Part shown: positions 36,004-48,307 of the stretch, piece by piece
How the letters are laid out: the number at the start of each line of letters is the position of its first letter
Position numbering within the stretch: position 1 is the stretch's first letter
Assembly: GCA_010093815.1 (NCBI GenBank)
Contig: ML996576.1
Reading direction: 5' to 3' (one strand)
DNA from: Pseudovirgaria hyperparasitica
Taxonomy: Eukaryota
DNA: 64,000 nt
The notes under the pieces: generated by a model
Seen by the model: only the letters and a program-made list of their open reading frames with translations
Told to the model about the DNA's origin: nothing
Database searches by the model: none
Made by a program: the position numbers and the translations under genes

Positions 36004-37724
36004 ATGTCCGCCGAATCCGGGCCCTACCAAATCCTCCACGATCTCGGCCCCCGACTCTCGCCCAATGCGGCAATCCACCTCCCCGGATCTGACGACTTTG
36101 CGCGAACCACGTCGCGCTGGAATCCGGGACAGATACGCCCTTCGTACATCGCCTCGGTGGAAGTTGGCAGCGAGGAAGACGTTGCGGAGACGGTGAGTTG
36201 TGCTGCAGTTTAGGTGCCATGGCATGGCTGGGACGTAGTAACGCTAGGGGGGCAGATCAAGTTTGCGAATCGCCATGGGGTACCGTTCCTTGCGCAATCT
36301 GGCGGTCATGGGTTTTGGAAGGGTTTGAGTGATGTGAAGGGTGGGATTCAGATCTATCTGCGTGGTCTTAATAGCATTGAGGTTAATGGGCGGAATGGGG
36401 GCAAGACGGCGTTTATTGGTGGGGGGACACTTTCTATTGAAGTTACTAAGACGCTGTTCGCGATTGGCAAGCATACAGGTATGTCCTGCTTGTTACTCTG
36501 CTGCTCAGAACCCGGGAGAACTCAGCGTTGATTTTTTTTCCAGTGACTGGGCTGTGCGCGACGACGTCTCTGGCTGGACCTGCTCTCGGCGGCGGTCACG
36601 GGTTCCTGCAAGGCCACTATGGCTTCATGGCGGACAACATCGTGTCTGCAAACGTGGTTCTTGCAGACGGAAGCATCGTCGTGGCCAACAAGGACTCCCA
36701 TCCCGACCTGTACTGGGCGTTGCGTGGCGCGGGCCACAATTTTGGGATAGTCACGAGTCTCGAATACAAGATCTACGATATCCCGACCGGCATCCGGTGG
36801 ACAGTGACAAACTACATGTTCAAGCAGGACAAGCTGGAGCAGGTCATGGCGACGGCAAACCAGTTCATCGGGCCGGAGATGAATGCGCCGCGCGAGTTAC
36901 TCCTGTGGTGCAACCTCATCCACATCCCAGCCATCGACCCAGACAACGTAAGACCGCATCCTCCTCCTCCGTCAAAGAAAAAAAGACGACTAACCCATCC
37001 ATCCATCCCCCCAGGCAATCGTGAATTTCAAAGTCCAATACGAGGGCACCGACGCCCAAGCCGCCCCCTTCCGCGCCCCCTTCGAAGCCCTCGAGCCCCT
37101 CTCCACCACCACAGAGACCGTCACAGAGTACAGCAAGCTCCACGACGCGATGGGCTTCGGCGAGGACAGCGTCGGCGGCCAGAGGACCTTTGACGTCAAC
37201 GTCATCACCGCCAGCCTGCTCCGCTTCGACCCCCAGGCCATGCGCAAGTTCTACGATATCATCTCCGAGCACGCCAGGACGCCAGGCGCAGGGACTAGCT
37301 TCGGCATGCTTGAGGTGTACGCGTCGAATGGGGCAAAGGAGGTTCCGGCAGATAGCACTGCGGTGCCTCCGGAGGAGCGGAGGAGCAATATCCTCATGTG
37401 AGACGTCCTGCCCATACATATATCAAGCGTGAAGGCTGTTTGTGCTGACCTTCTTATTCCAGCGGGGGCTTGCTCGTCCATGACATTGGCAATGCAGAGC
37501 AGGCAGAACTAGCATGGAGTGTGGGCAGCAAGCTGCGAGCAGCACTCGTAGAAGGCATCGACGTCGCCAAGCACGGCAAACCAGGCAGTTATGTCAATTA
37601 TGCCAACGGCGAACAGAGTGTCGAGGAGATGTACGGCCACGAGCCATGGCGTCTGGAGAAGCTGAGGGATCTGAAGCAACGCTACGACCCGGAGCGGAGG
37701 TTTCGGTTCTATGCGCCGATATGA
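36004..37724 (+). CDS. FAD-linked oxidoreductase, berberine-bridge-enzyme-like (VAO/PCMH fold); introns 36193-36255, 36479-36543, 36948-37014, 37398-37462
   Basis: FLAQSGGHG (covalent-FAD His), LGGGHGFLQGHYG..DNIVSANVVLADG, DLYWALRGAGHNFGIVT and GSYVNYA..YG..WRLEKLRDLKQRYDP. Confidence 0.92.
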
Positions 37725-39033
37725 AGATAAATGTGCGAGCTTGGCTGGTCTGCTGTGGATTGTCCTCCTAGGAATATAAAGTAGTAAGAGATCTTCTAAC
37801 GGACGTTGCGTCCGCGGCGCTCGATATATCAGCGTTTAATATCCGGCCTGGAATATAATGTCTCAGCTCGCGATACGATACCCAAGACAAGCCTCGGAAA
37901 CTGACGGATTACTTCCTTCCCCAGAAAAGCATTGTCTTCACTCGAGACGTGATGTTCTAGTTCTCCTCTCTTATCTCCCTCTCAACGTCCACCACCTCCG
38001 CACCGGCCAATAACTCCCACTCTATCCAATATATCCCAACTCATTCCCCTCCCACCGTAGTCCCTGCTATGCACCGGTAAGAATTATTAGAATCCTCGTG
38101 CAAAGTTTGGAAATCTACTCTGTGGTGAACGATAGGATAGCAGGCTAAGCAGCACTCTCCACCACGCTCTTTCCTCATCCATTACTCATCCCACCCACCA
38201 GCCCACCTCTCCCACCAGCCACACACGATCAGATATGACGAGATCTGGTACACTAGACCGTAGCTAGCTATACCTAGGCATCCACACCAAGGTTAAAGAC
38301 CTAGCGTCAAGCCACTTGGAAGAGGGCCGTCGCCGTCGTAGCCGTGGCGGCGATCTATGGCGATTGGTAATCACGAGAAACCTGAACTGGACGAACACGT
38401 GGGGCGTTCCCCAGGCCAGGCATGTACACTACGAAAAGATGGGAAGAAGGACATTGACGGCAAGAGAGGGCATTATTGATTTTCAGGTGCGTGTGTATTG
38501 GGTTTTCAATCAGAAAATGTGCGTGTAGTAATAACCCGACAAGAGAAGGATTGTCGAACACGTTTTGTTATTTTCTACTTTGCATTGATTTGTGTATCAA
38601 ATTACTTTTTAGAGCTATGTGCCTGTCTGTCGTGATTAGTGTATGTAGCGTAGGCTATGTGCTGCTACAGAGGGAGCAACTCTCTGGGATATATTTGTAT
38701 GCCCTGCTTTCGATATGTGTATGTGTGTGTTATGTTTACGCGAGGTTCCATCCATGTTGTGGGTGTGGCGCGTACCTCTTGGGCGCCACCTGTAAGAAAA
38801 GTCTCCGTGGGTGATTCCGCGGCTTCCCTTTCGGTCTTCTAGACCAAAATTGGGGAGTTTGGTTTGGTACATAGGTTTACTACCTGCTCTTGGTGTGAGC
38901 TCGTGGTAAGTTCCGTTGGTGCCCATTGGTTCCTAACTTGGACCCTTCCTTGGTAGTACTTTGGTTGGCTAAATGATACCGCTGTCGCGTCCAGCTTCCG
39001 TAGCCCCATCTCAGGGGTGCACTGTGTATCTTT

Positions 39034-39438
39034 TCAGACACCGCTGTGCATGTCCGCGTCGGCGAGATACATGGTCCAGTCATTGTTTGCGTCGTCATTC
39101 TTGTGAAATAGGTCCCCTGGCGATATGCTCATGTCTTTCGGGCTCACACCCTCCGCTGCTACCTCTGTACCGCGAAAGGATGGGACTTGCTGGTATAGAC
39201 TGCGACGGTCTGACAGAGAAGGTGAGAGCTCCGAATTTGATAGTGGCGACAAGCTCGTTTCAAGAGACAGTGAAGGCAGATCTTGCGGTGCCGACTCCTT
39301 CTTGATTGGCAGATCGGGCATGTCTTCCATGCTCTCAAGCCCATAGAAGTCCATCATGTCGTCGAAGCCCGAATTCTCGGGGAAGCCTGAAGTCTCGCCA
39401 AAGCCTGAGTCTGAGTTTTGGTACCATTGCTGTTGCTG

Positions 39439-39469
<31 letters not shown>

Positions 39470-40185
39470 TGTTGTTGTTGTTGCTCCTGCTGCTGGTGCT
39501 GGTGCTGGTGCTGGTGATGGTGCTGGTGTTGATTTTGAGGTTGATGCTGATGTTGATGCTGGTACTGCTGCTGCTCCTGAGGCTCGGATTTGATCTCTGA
39601 TATTTGCGATGGCACATCACCCGCCACAGGTGTGACTGTGGGAAGAGTGTTGTTCACGCCATGCGTTGCGAAGCCCTGCATGTAACTTCGTAGTTTGTGA
39701 CAATCGCAGCTTGTGTGATCTAGCATCTGGCTTTTCAGCTGCAGAATGGTATTCTTTAGCATCAGAGTTTCAAGCTTCAGGTCGTCGTTGTGGGTCTGTA
39801 GTAGCGTAGCTGTGTCTTCCATGCGGGACTCTCGCCGTTTCTTCTTCGAACGTGAGCGGGAAGCAGCTTCGCGATTGCGTTTGAGACTTTCGAGGCGTGT
39901 GTTGTCTGCGTCTTTGCTCGCTGTGCTGGGACGCCGTGAGGAAGAAGGCCGCTGGTTTGTAGATATTTGAGAGATCTCATTGGCTTGAGAGGGGGTGGGC
40001 GAGGTCGGAGAAGTGATTGAGGGTGTGCTTGTGCTTCTCTGTGATGAAGGTTTCCGTGGTGCTGTCTTTGCTTCCGAGGCACAAGTGAGAGAGGAGGTGA
40101 TGTCAAGATTGAGTTGAGGATTCATGGTGGACTCGGAGGCAAGCACACCAGGTACAAATGATGGATTGTTCATATCGCTAGTCAT
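39034..40185 (-). CDS. bZIP transcription factor (ATF/CREB, Atf21/AtfB-like) with poly-Q tract
   Basis: Basic region SLKRNREAASRSRSKKK, leucine heptads, then the fungal ATF-type MLDHTSCDC..LRSYM. Start placed at MTSDMNN. Confidence 0.85.
39427..39575 (-). repeat. Coding CAG/CAA and CAYCAR microsatellite (poly-Q/QH) in the bZIP gene
   Basis: Plus strand reads (TGC/TGT)n; translation QQQYQHQHQHQPQNQHQHHHQHQHQHQQQE followed by a long pure Q run. Confidence 0.95.
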
Positions 40186-43042
40186 AATTTCGTAAAACCA
40201 ATTGAATGAGGCTAATGGAGCAAGCAGGAAAGCACAACGAACGATGGATTGGTAGAGGCTGAGGAAGGTTTCAGAGACAAACAAGAGGAAGAAGGAAAAG
40301 TAGAAGTAGTCGCGAAGTTGATGGAACGTGGACAGCTTCACGGCATAAGTTAAGTAGAGCCGATCACCCCTCGCGCGGCAGACTAGCAAGATCCATGGAG
40401 AAGCCCCCAACATGCGGAATTGCAGTTTTCCATGACGAGTGCGGCCAAGTAGTAATCACTTGCACAACCAGACTCGTTTTTTCGCGGTTAACAAGAGCTG
40501 TGTTGCTGTACAAAGTTGGATGGCCGTCCCCGTCGCCGTCCAATTGGTCTCCAGTCTCGATGCTCCTTGCTTTGACGCCCGGTTGGTCAGTAGTCCTTGT
40601 ACAAAGACCGCAGCCCAGACCGCCAACCAATTCACTGCCAAAGCAACACGCCCGCCAATCACCAGGCTGGATCGCACAGTAGCGCCCGCGGAAAATGCAC
40701 TATCATATGCGCATGACGACGCCTTTCACTTTTCCATACTGGGACTGCATAGCTCCGCCATGGGGAAAGGCTACGAGATTCCGAGGAATTCCCACTTTGG
40801 CCTTGGACACTTTCGGACAACCATGGCTGTATATGCCCACCAGCCGTCCGGTAGGTAGTGATAGCTGCAAGTAGACATGCTTCCAGTCCAGCAGACAGGA
40901 ACTACAGAACCTTCGACAGACCGCAGTAAGACAGAAGATCGAAGACCAGAAGACCAAAAAAAAGACAAAATAGAGAGCTCGGTCAAGATTCGGGCGTGTG
41001 CGGCTTCCACATGTTCATGCCCCACTACACGATCGCCGATCTCCCATCCAGCTTTTCGGCCGCTTTTCATGGCGATTTTGGTCAACTAGATCTGCCGAGA
41101 ATGCGCATATCTCGTCACCCAGACCGCAGACTTGAGCACAATGATCGCCGCTCGCCAGGAACTGAAGTGGTGGTGGCGAAGGACGGCAAATCGGTCTCGT
41201 CTCGCTGTTTTGGTTTTGTTCTTTGACGTCGACCGTGGCGACTCGTCCATCACGGACATAACGGCTGTTGCTCACTAATCCTATATCACAGATGATTCCA
41301 AAGAGATCATCATACTGCACTGCCTCGTCGTCGTTCGTTCTGGCAGTCATTTGCATATATCCCCACCCATTCCCAGAAATTGTGTCTGTGGTCTCATCTC
41401 ATATCAATAAGCAACTGACTCACTCGCCCACCTCCAACAGGAGTGACCCATAGCTGGTCAGGTTGCAGCATTCGAATGCTCGTGTGGGCTGCCCGTGACC
41501 CACAGGAGATCAGTTATTGTCGATGTGGAACCGTTCAAGTTCGTGACCTTGGTGGCTACGGTAGCTGTCTTGCTGCGGCGAGCTTCATGATTCATCGACC
41601 TGCTCAGTGCACCCTCATCACCTGATGCTGCCTCGCATCGGAGTGCAGATCGCGGCTACACAATAAGAGATGACATTGGCTGCCAACATGGACATTGAAT
41701 GACCCCGCATCAGCTCAAAGCATGAATGCGGGGGTAGTGCACCGAAGATGAATCTGCTTATTATACTCTAGAAGATTCTGCGTACTTTTAACGGGAAGAC
41801 TAAAACTTTGGTTCCTGTTCAAGATATCGCTGAGTTACGACTCGTCTCTGTTATCTGCCCCAGCTTGTTATAAGAAGGTGAAACCGAGGGGACCATTGCT
41901 GGGACCGGCCGCCGATGAATGCCCCGCGCTTTCAAGTGCTGGCGAGGGTGGAGCGATATCATGTATACAGCTTCTTTCTGCCAGAGCTGCATACAAAATC
42001 TGTTGATGGATAGATCAATACCTGTATCGATGTTCTAGTTATCACATACGGATCGCCAGCTTATCCATCCTCTCTGCACGTGTAATCGTAATCGCGTCTT
42101 TCAGAACAAAGCTGAGCTTCCAGGTCTGTGGCCCGACCTCTCTGAAATCTCAGAAGAAGTGGATCTACGAAGCATCCAGAACAGGAGCAAAGAACGATTC
42201 TCAACAAGTCGGCTCCGTTGAAGCAGATTCTGTCGGAGTGCTGCGGATCGACTGCTCTAGCACATTACGAGCGCTGGATCGAATCTTGCGAGTCTTGGAC
42301 TTGTTGTGACTAGAAGCTCATGATTAGCGACACGTGGAAGATAGGAGCATGGAAGAGCGAAGAAAGAGATGGAGTGGGATGAAGTCCCATCGCAGGATAC
42401 AATGAGTTCCTTCGTGGCTGATACTTTGGTGTAAGGTTCAGGACTCATACTAAGTCGGGCAACCATTTCAACTGTACTCTCTGCTGAGGTTGTCGGAAAA
42501 TTTAGTGGAGCTCTCTTGTCCAGTCGATCACTTCACCGCAATACGTACTGCACTTGCGTAAGACAGCACACATTACTTGGCGCCCACGACGTCCATCCAC
42601 AAACACCGCAGCTCCTTGTTGTAGCCTCAACTCGATCAGTGTACCAGGCTGTAATTGCCCAAGCAGGAAAAACCTAGTCTTCAATAGATAGCCCCGTCAC
42701 CGATATCTCGTCACATAGGTAGCATGCTAAGAATGGTTGTATGGTTGGTCTTTGATGGGCTTTCGTCTTCACAAGCAATCGCTCATGTGCCATAGCGGAG
42801 CGGTCGAGATGTATGACATGGTCAGTCATCCCGCGGGAGTGATGTGTCCAGTGAAGTTGTCGACTGGAACGAAACAGCCTCTTATGATTTGTTTGACGCC
42901 AGCTAAATACACCTTTAGTGGGAGTAAAGCAGACTCAGTGACAACAAAATCTGCTAATGATGAGAAGGCGATCGAAAATTGACGACAGTGGTCGAGGCTT
43001 GATTAAACTGTCGAGAGGCAGAGATTCGAAATCAAATCAACG

Positions 43043-43062
43043 ACGCGTGTTAAAACACGCGT
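43043..43062. promoter_or_regulatory. Inverted repeat carrying two ACGCGT (MCB-like) boxes
   Basis: ACGCGTGTT-AA-AACACGCGT is a perfect 9-bp inverted repeat; function not demonstrated. Confidence 0.35.
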
Positions 43063-44262
43063 TGGACTAGGTCCGTGCGGTGACGCGCGGTCACGAGACC
43101 TCCAATATCTCCATAGTGTTACAAGGAATTCTTTCGCTGTTTGAGATCCTTAACTTTATATTCTACGTCTCGCTCATATGGTCATAATCTCTTCCAGTCC
43201 TATGTCTAATTCCGTATGACTGTATGACTCAAAGGCACGATGTCGCATTCGTCATTCCAGAAGTATGCATTAACGCGACTCCATCAGCGAGTCTCAGCAG
43301 AGATCTCTACCGCCAGAATATTAAATAAATGACATACAAAGCCCAAACAACATACTCACACGTGGTACAACATTCGACATAACATTGAATCACCGCGTCC
43401 TTTGCCAAGATAGGCATCGGCCGACAACTGCCGGTCGAGGGCGTGCGGAAATCCTTCAAGGGAAACATCTCAACAATTTGGTAATGTGATACGTCGAAGA
43501 AGGAGCCTGATGGTCATAGAATTACGTCTGTTGCTGGCAAAGCAAACGTAGGTGCGACGATAACACCCAAACGATGCTCAGTTGACCGTTCCTGATTCTC
43601 GTAGCACGACACCGACGTATACGTATCGCGAAAACGAATCAGCAGGGCTGCCAGTGGTGTCTTGGCCACTATGAAGCTCTAGCCAAGCCGAGCTCACAGG
43701 GGTCATTCATCGCTTCTGTAGATCTTCTGGTGGTCTTCTCCTGTGTACAGCTCTGTCTTGTTTGTACAACCGAACGTTGATGTCAGGCTGTCGAGGCAAA
43801 CCGTCACCTTTTAAATATGTGAAGGAGCTTGTTTGCTAGCAATATAATTTCCGGAGTTCTGAGACGATCGTTGTGTTGCTAATACGACCTACAGGAATGT
43901 TGATGCAAGACTCCTGAGAATGAGGCATCTCCGTGCCCGTGGGCGAGCGATTGGCCCTACAGCACTTGTCGCGCTAACAACCACGTTTGGGGCTTTTTTT
44001 GTGTCTGGACTCTGTGCACTCTGCCGCCCGAGCTCCAATCGCGGGTCCCCGAAACTCATCTGGGCAGCTTGAAGCGTTGTTATCTTTCTTTTTATAATAC
44101 ATGGCGCAGGCGCTCGTCTTGTAACTCTACCCGGAATATTGTTGGTCTTCTTACAAGGCTAGGGCCAGATAAAGGTCGCCCTGCCTTTGTATCGCACATT
44201 CAACACCGTCAACGCGCCTCGTTCTCAAGCTCGGCCGGCCGCTATTTCCTTGATCGCAAGCC

Positions 44263-46111
44263 ATGTCTTCGTTGGAAGATCATTCCACCTCCCCAGGGCT
44301 CTATCGCCAAAGATCCCACCACGGCGCGGTTCTGAAGGGATACTTGCCTCTTTCCGAAGATCATGCCATCTCTACGCGCGGACAACATTTGCCCGGCTTG
44401 ATCCAAAGCCGCTCCTCAGCCACCATATCATCTCTCGCAGACCGAAGGCCGAGCCGATTTCACGATGAAGATCTAGAGGCCGCCAATGAAACAGACAACG
44501 AGAGTGTCTATATTGGCCATGGCAGAGAAAGGCGCGAAAGCTCTGGCTGGGAAGCTCTCATGGCTCCGCAGATGCGCAGCCAGCGTCTCATCGGGAACAG
44601 CAATCCTCGTTACCAATGGTAACGTCTTCTTGATCTGAAATTACTAGACGAAAACTAAGTACTAGGCAGGGATCAATACTGGAAATCTGAGGAGGAACTC
44701 AAGAAATGCAAGAAATCTGTGTAAGTCTGGCGCCAGCTTCGACTTTGACGACAAGCTCTAATTTATACTGACAGGCGCAAATACTACGAACACAACAATT
44801 CTTTAATTCAGCAATTTGCGTACATAGATCGCCTCCTCGACTCGTCCCTACCACATACACTGATTCAGGAGTACCAAAACAACGACTATGGACTTGACAT
44901 CCCTCCAACTATATCGGAAGAGTCGCCTGCGTCCCCGAACGAGCTTTCGGATTCTGCGAGTTTCAAAGCCTCGACTAATGGTTCATATGGTACAACTCAG
45001 ACAACGCCAAATAACGGACCAGTCAATGGTGCATCCAAAGTCAAGAGAACGGCAAAGAACTTGTACAAGGTTCCGTCAGGGGAAGAGGCACCACTCCTAT
45101 CGAGAGTCGATAGCGAGCCAGACTCCCCAACTGGCATGCCAGATTTTGAACCCGAAGAGGACATGGACAGTGGCGCTCGTATCGTCACGGTAGCCATATA
45201 CATCAACTTGGTCGCCAACACCATACTCCTCATCCTGAAGATCATAGTAACAATAATGACATCCTCCGTCTCCGTTCTCGCCAGTTTGGTCGATGCCGCT
45301 CTAGACTTCCTCAGTACTGCGATCGTGTGGACGACGACATATCTCATCTCTCGAACGGACTACTACAACTATCCCGTTGGACGTCGTCGGCTGGAACCAA
45401 TCGGTGTGCTCGTATTTTCGGTTGTCATGGTCACCTCCTTTGTACAGGTTGCGCTTGAAGGTATCAAGCGCATGAATTCTGGAGACCACTCCATCATCCA
45501 GCTGACTGTTCCTGCAATCGCAATCATGAGCTCCACCGTGATCGTCAAATTTGCATGCTGGATATGGTGTCGCCTGATCAAGAACTCGAGCGTCCAGGCC
45601 CTCGCACAGGACGCAATGACTGATGTTGTATTCAACATCTTCAGCATCATATTTCCGCTCGGTAAGCTTCTCACAAGACGATCCCTGACATCAAGCTAAC
45701 GAACGTCCAGTCGGATACTGGCTCAAAGTCTGGTGGCTGGACCCCCTCGGCGGTATCCTGCTTTCCGTCTACGTGATCGTAAACTGGGGCAGCACGACCG
45801 GCGAGCACATCAAGAACCTCACCGGCGCCGCCGCAGATCGCGACGAGCGCAACGTGCTCCTCTACCTCACCATGCGCTTCGCAAAGACGATCAAGCAGAT
45901 CCAGGGCCTGAATGCGTACCACGCCGGCGACAAGCTAAACGTGGAAGTCGACATTGTGCTGGACGAGAACACGGCGCTGCGGGACAGCCATGACCTGGGC
46001 GAGAGTCTGCAGTATGTGCTGGAGAGCGTGCCGACGGTGGATCGCGCGTTCGTGCATATGGATTACAAGGATTGGAATCTGCCGACGCATATGAATCAGC
46101 AGGCTCATTGA
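44263..46111 (+). CDS. Cation diffusion facilitator (Mn-CDF/MTP8-11-like); introns 44619-44669, 44721-44774, 45662-45710
   Basis: ASLVDAALDFLS (DxxxD), YPVGRRRLEPIG, ALAQDAMTDVVFN, WWLDPLGGILLS, SHDLGESLQ and VDRAFVHMDY. Confidence 0.93.
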
Positions 46112-46738
46112 TTTCAAGACTAGAAGCGGGGGGTTTCAAGTTCTTTTGTTGTACGATATGTTGGTGGGGGTTTATGTACGATTGCCTGCTCGTGTGTACT
46201 TGTATGTGTATGTAGGATGTGGACGTGTACTGGAGGCCACTTTGTTCCCCAAGGCCAGGAGCCACAACCGGCGCAGACGTGTAGTTTAAACAATCGTTAA
46301 CCAACAGATATTTCATTGCCACATCATTGTGTCTCAGAGTCCTCCTGCTTGAAGTGTATCTCAATCGATAATCTGCCAAATTGAATTGGGATCCCTCAGA
46401 AGTGCTCCCAGTAATTAGCTCCGGAAGCCAGCGCGTCGATCCGCAAACAGACCTGTCTCCGCACACGCAGTTCCAGGCGAAAGTACCCATCTAATCATCT
46501 ATCTGACTCAAATACTAGGTAAGGTATGTCAGATAGGCCGCAGCACATCAACCAGCTTGCCAAGCAGTCCAGAGTATGCACGAATTTCGACATTCAAATT
46601 CAGATAAAGAGGACGCTCGGCAATGCTGTTACGTCTGTCTAGATATGTCTTGTTGGGTGTGTGCATTGATACTACCCGCCTAGCCTTTGCAGTTTCTTGC
46701 TTCTTGGTCTGGTTTGATAGCTTTGTAGTGCGGGAGAG

Positions 46739-46940
46739 GTGGGGAAGAGAATGGGAGGGCATGGGGAATGGTATGGGAGGGCATGGGAGGGCATGGGAGG
46801 GCATGGGAGGGCATGGGAGGGCATGGGAGGGCATGGGAGGGCATGGGAAAGGGCATGGGAGGGCATGGGGAAGAGTATGGGAGGGCATGGGAAGAGTATG
46901 GGAATGGGCATGGGAGGGCATGGGGAAGAGCCATGGGGGT
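46739..46940 (+). repeat. G-rich 10-bp minisatellite (ATGGGAGGGC)n
   Basis: Seven perfect units at 46773-46842 with degenerate units on both sides. Confidence 0.95.
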
Positions 46941-48307
46941 AGAGGGAGGTGGTTATGCGTTTTTGCTTATCGATACATACGTGCATGTCGAGGAGAGCAG
47001 TATTGTGTGAATGGAGACAAGGGGGTAAGGATCACGGATTTGACCTTTTGTTGGATTGGTATGGTTGGGCTTGCGGTTATCGATGATACTGGGTTCAAAG
47101 AAGCTCGTTTGTGGGGATGGCGGTTTGGTAGGATGTACGTTGTTGGAGAAGAATGGAGCCAACAAAGTCGCAATTTTGGCAGAGTAGGGTTCTTTCTCAA
47201 CGTGAGCATGTATGTCCACGGCAAACCAGGATCCAGGCATCATCAGCTTCGAGGCAAATCCTACGATCCGCCAATTCTTCAGTCTAGAAGAAAGCTCGAA
47301 AATCCTGGTCCTACACACTTGACGATCAGTCTACACGTCCAGTGCGTGATGCCACTTTCAGTGGTCCTCAGATGTCGAACCAAATCGCATAGTCGTACGT
47401 TCGAGAGACATCGTGGTGTCTTCTCCTGGAATAATCAGCGGGATTCTGCGGGTCGTTAGCGTCGGGTCATTGTGAGTAGTTCCTGGAATGAGCGCCCTTG
47501 CTTCGCTGGAACGCTGCACGAGCCATGTATGCATGGATGGTGGACAAAGGAGCGGCCCGGACCTGTGGCGGGTCTTGGCTGTGTGTATAGGGGGTTTGGA
47601 GGTAAGTATTCGGTGCCGGAAAGGGCCTTAATGCCAGAAGGCCTTGTTTTGACTGGTTGTTTGGGAGAGGTGCGGCTTGGAGGAGGTTGAGGACGAGGTT
47701 GTCGAGGCACGACGATCTAAGGGGGCAGATCCTGTTTTCTCCCCATTCGCGTGGTCCTGCATGTCTGTGCTGGGTGCAAAATCGCAACGTGGACAGAGTA
47801 TAGCAGGGTTTTTATCTTGGAAGTGCTTGGGAACCTCTGTGGGCCGTGGTGTGGTCTACGGGCCGTGGCGAGACATGCGGGACCTAGTGTGTCAGCATTG
47901 TTTACTGAGGCAAATGGCATTGCCCCCTGCACTTATGAAAGCAACAACATGGCCAAGGAAGTCCTTTGACCATGCTGGCTGTGCAATAAGTGGGCTCGAA
48001 ACAGGTCACTAATTGGGTACGTAGAGCAACTTGATCAAGTACAACTGAAGGAATGTGCATGAATGCCTTGGCCGCTGATAGTCCTACCTGGACTTCACCA
48101 ATACTGATATACGTATATATAAAGTCCGGCAAGATGTCGCTCATGGCTCCGAGACAACAAGCTCCTCATTGCGCTCAAATCAACCTTCAGATTCCCGAAC
48201 GACCCAGCAGCGGACCGTAACACGGCTTCACCAGCTCTTCCGGACTCGATACGTCCACGACTTTTCCCACGCAATATCTTCCCTGCATTTATCATACCAG
48301 AGTCAGA

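Noticed and set aside
38280..38528. Short protein-like ORF downstream of the BBE-like gene
   Set aside because: It has no ATG start, in-frame stops upstream and no recognisable motif.
39306..39620. Poly-L, poly-A/V and poly-S/N ORFs
   Set aside because: They are antisense or alternative frames of the poly-Q microsatellite.
40186..40413. 76-codon in-frame N-terminal extension of the bZIP ORF (apparent TM segment)
   Set aside because: It runs through a pyrimidine-rich 5'-leader-like tract that yields F/L/S by composition; it is probably untranslated.
46529..47459. Overlapping ORFs with MGGHGRAWEG / PMPSHALPCP repeats
   Set aside because: They are translations of the stop-free 10-bp minisatellite in several frames on both strands; nothing singles one out as coding.
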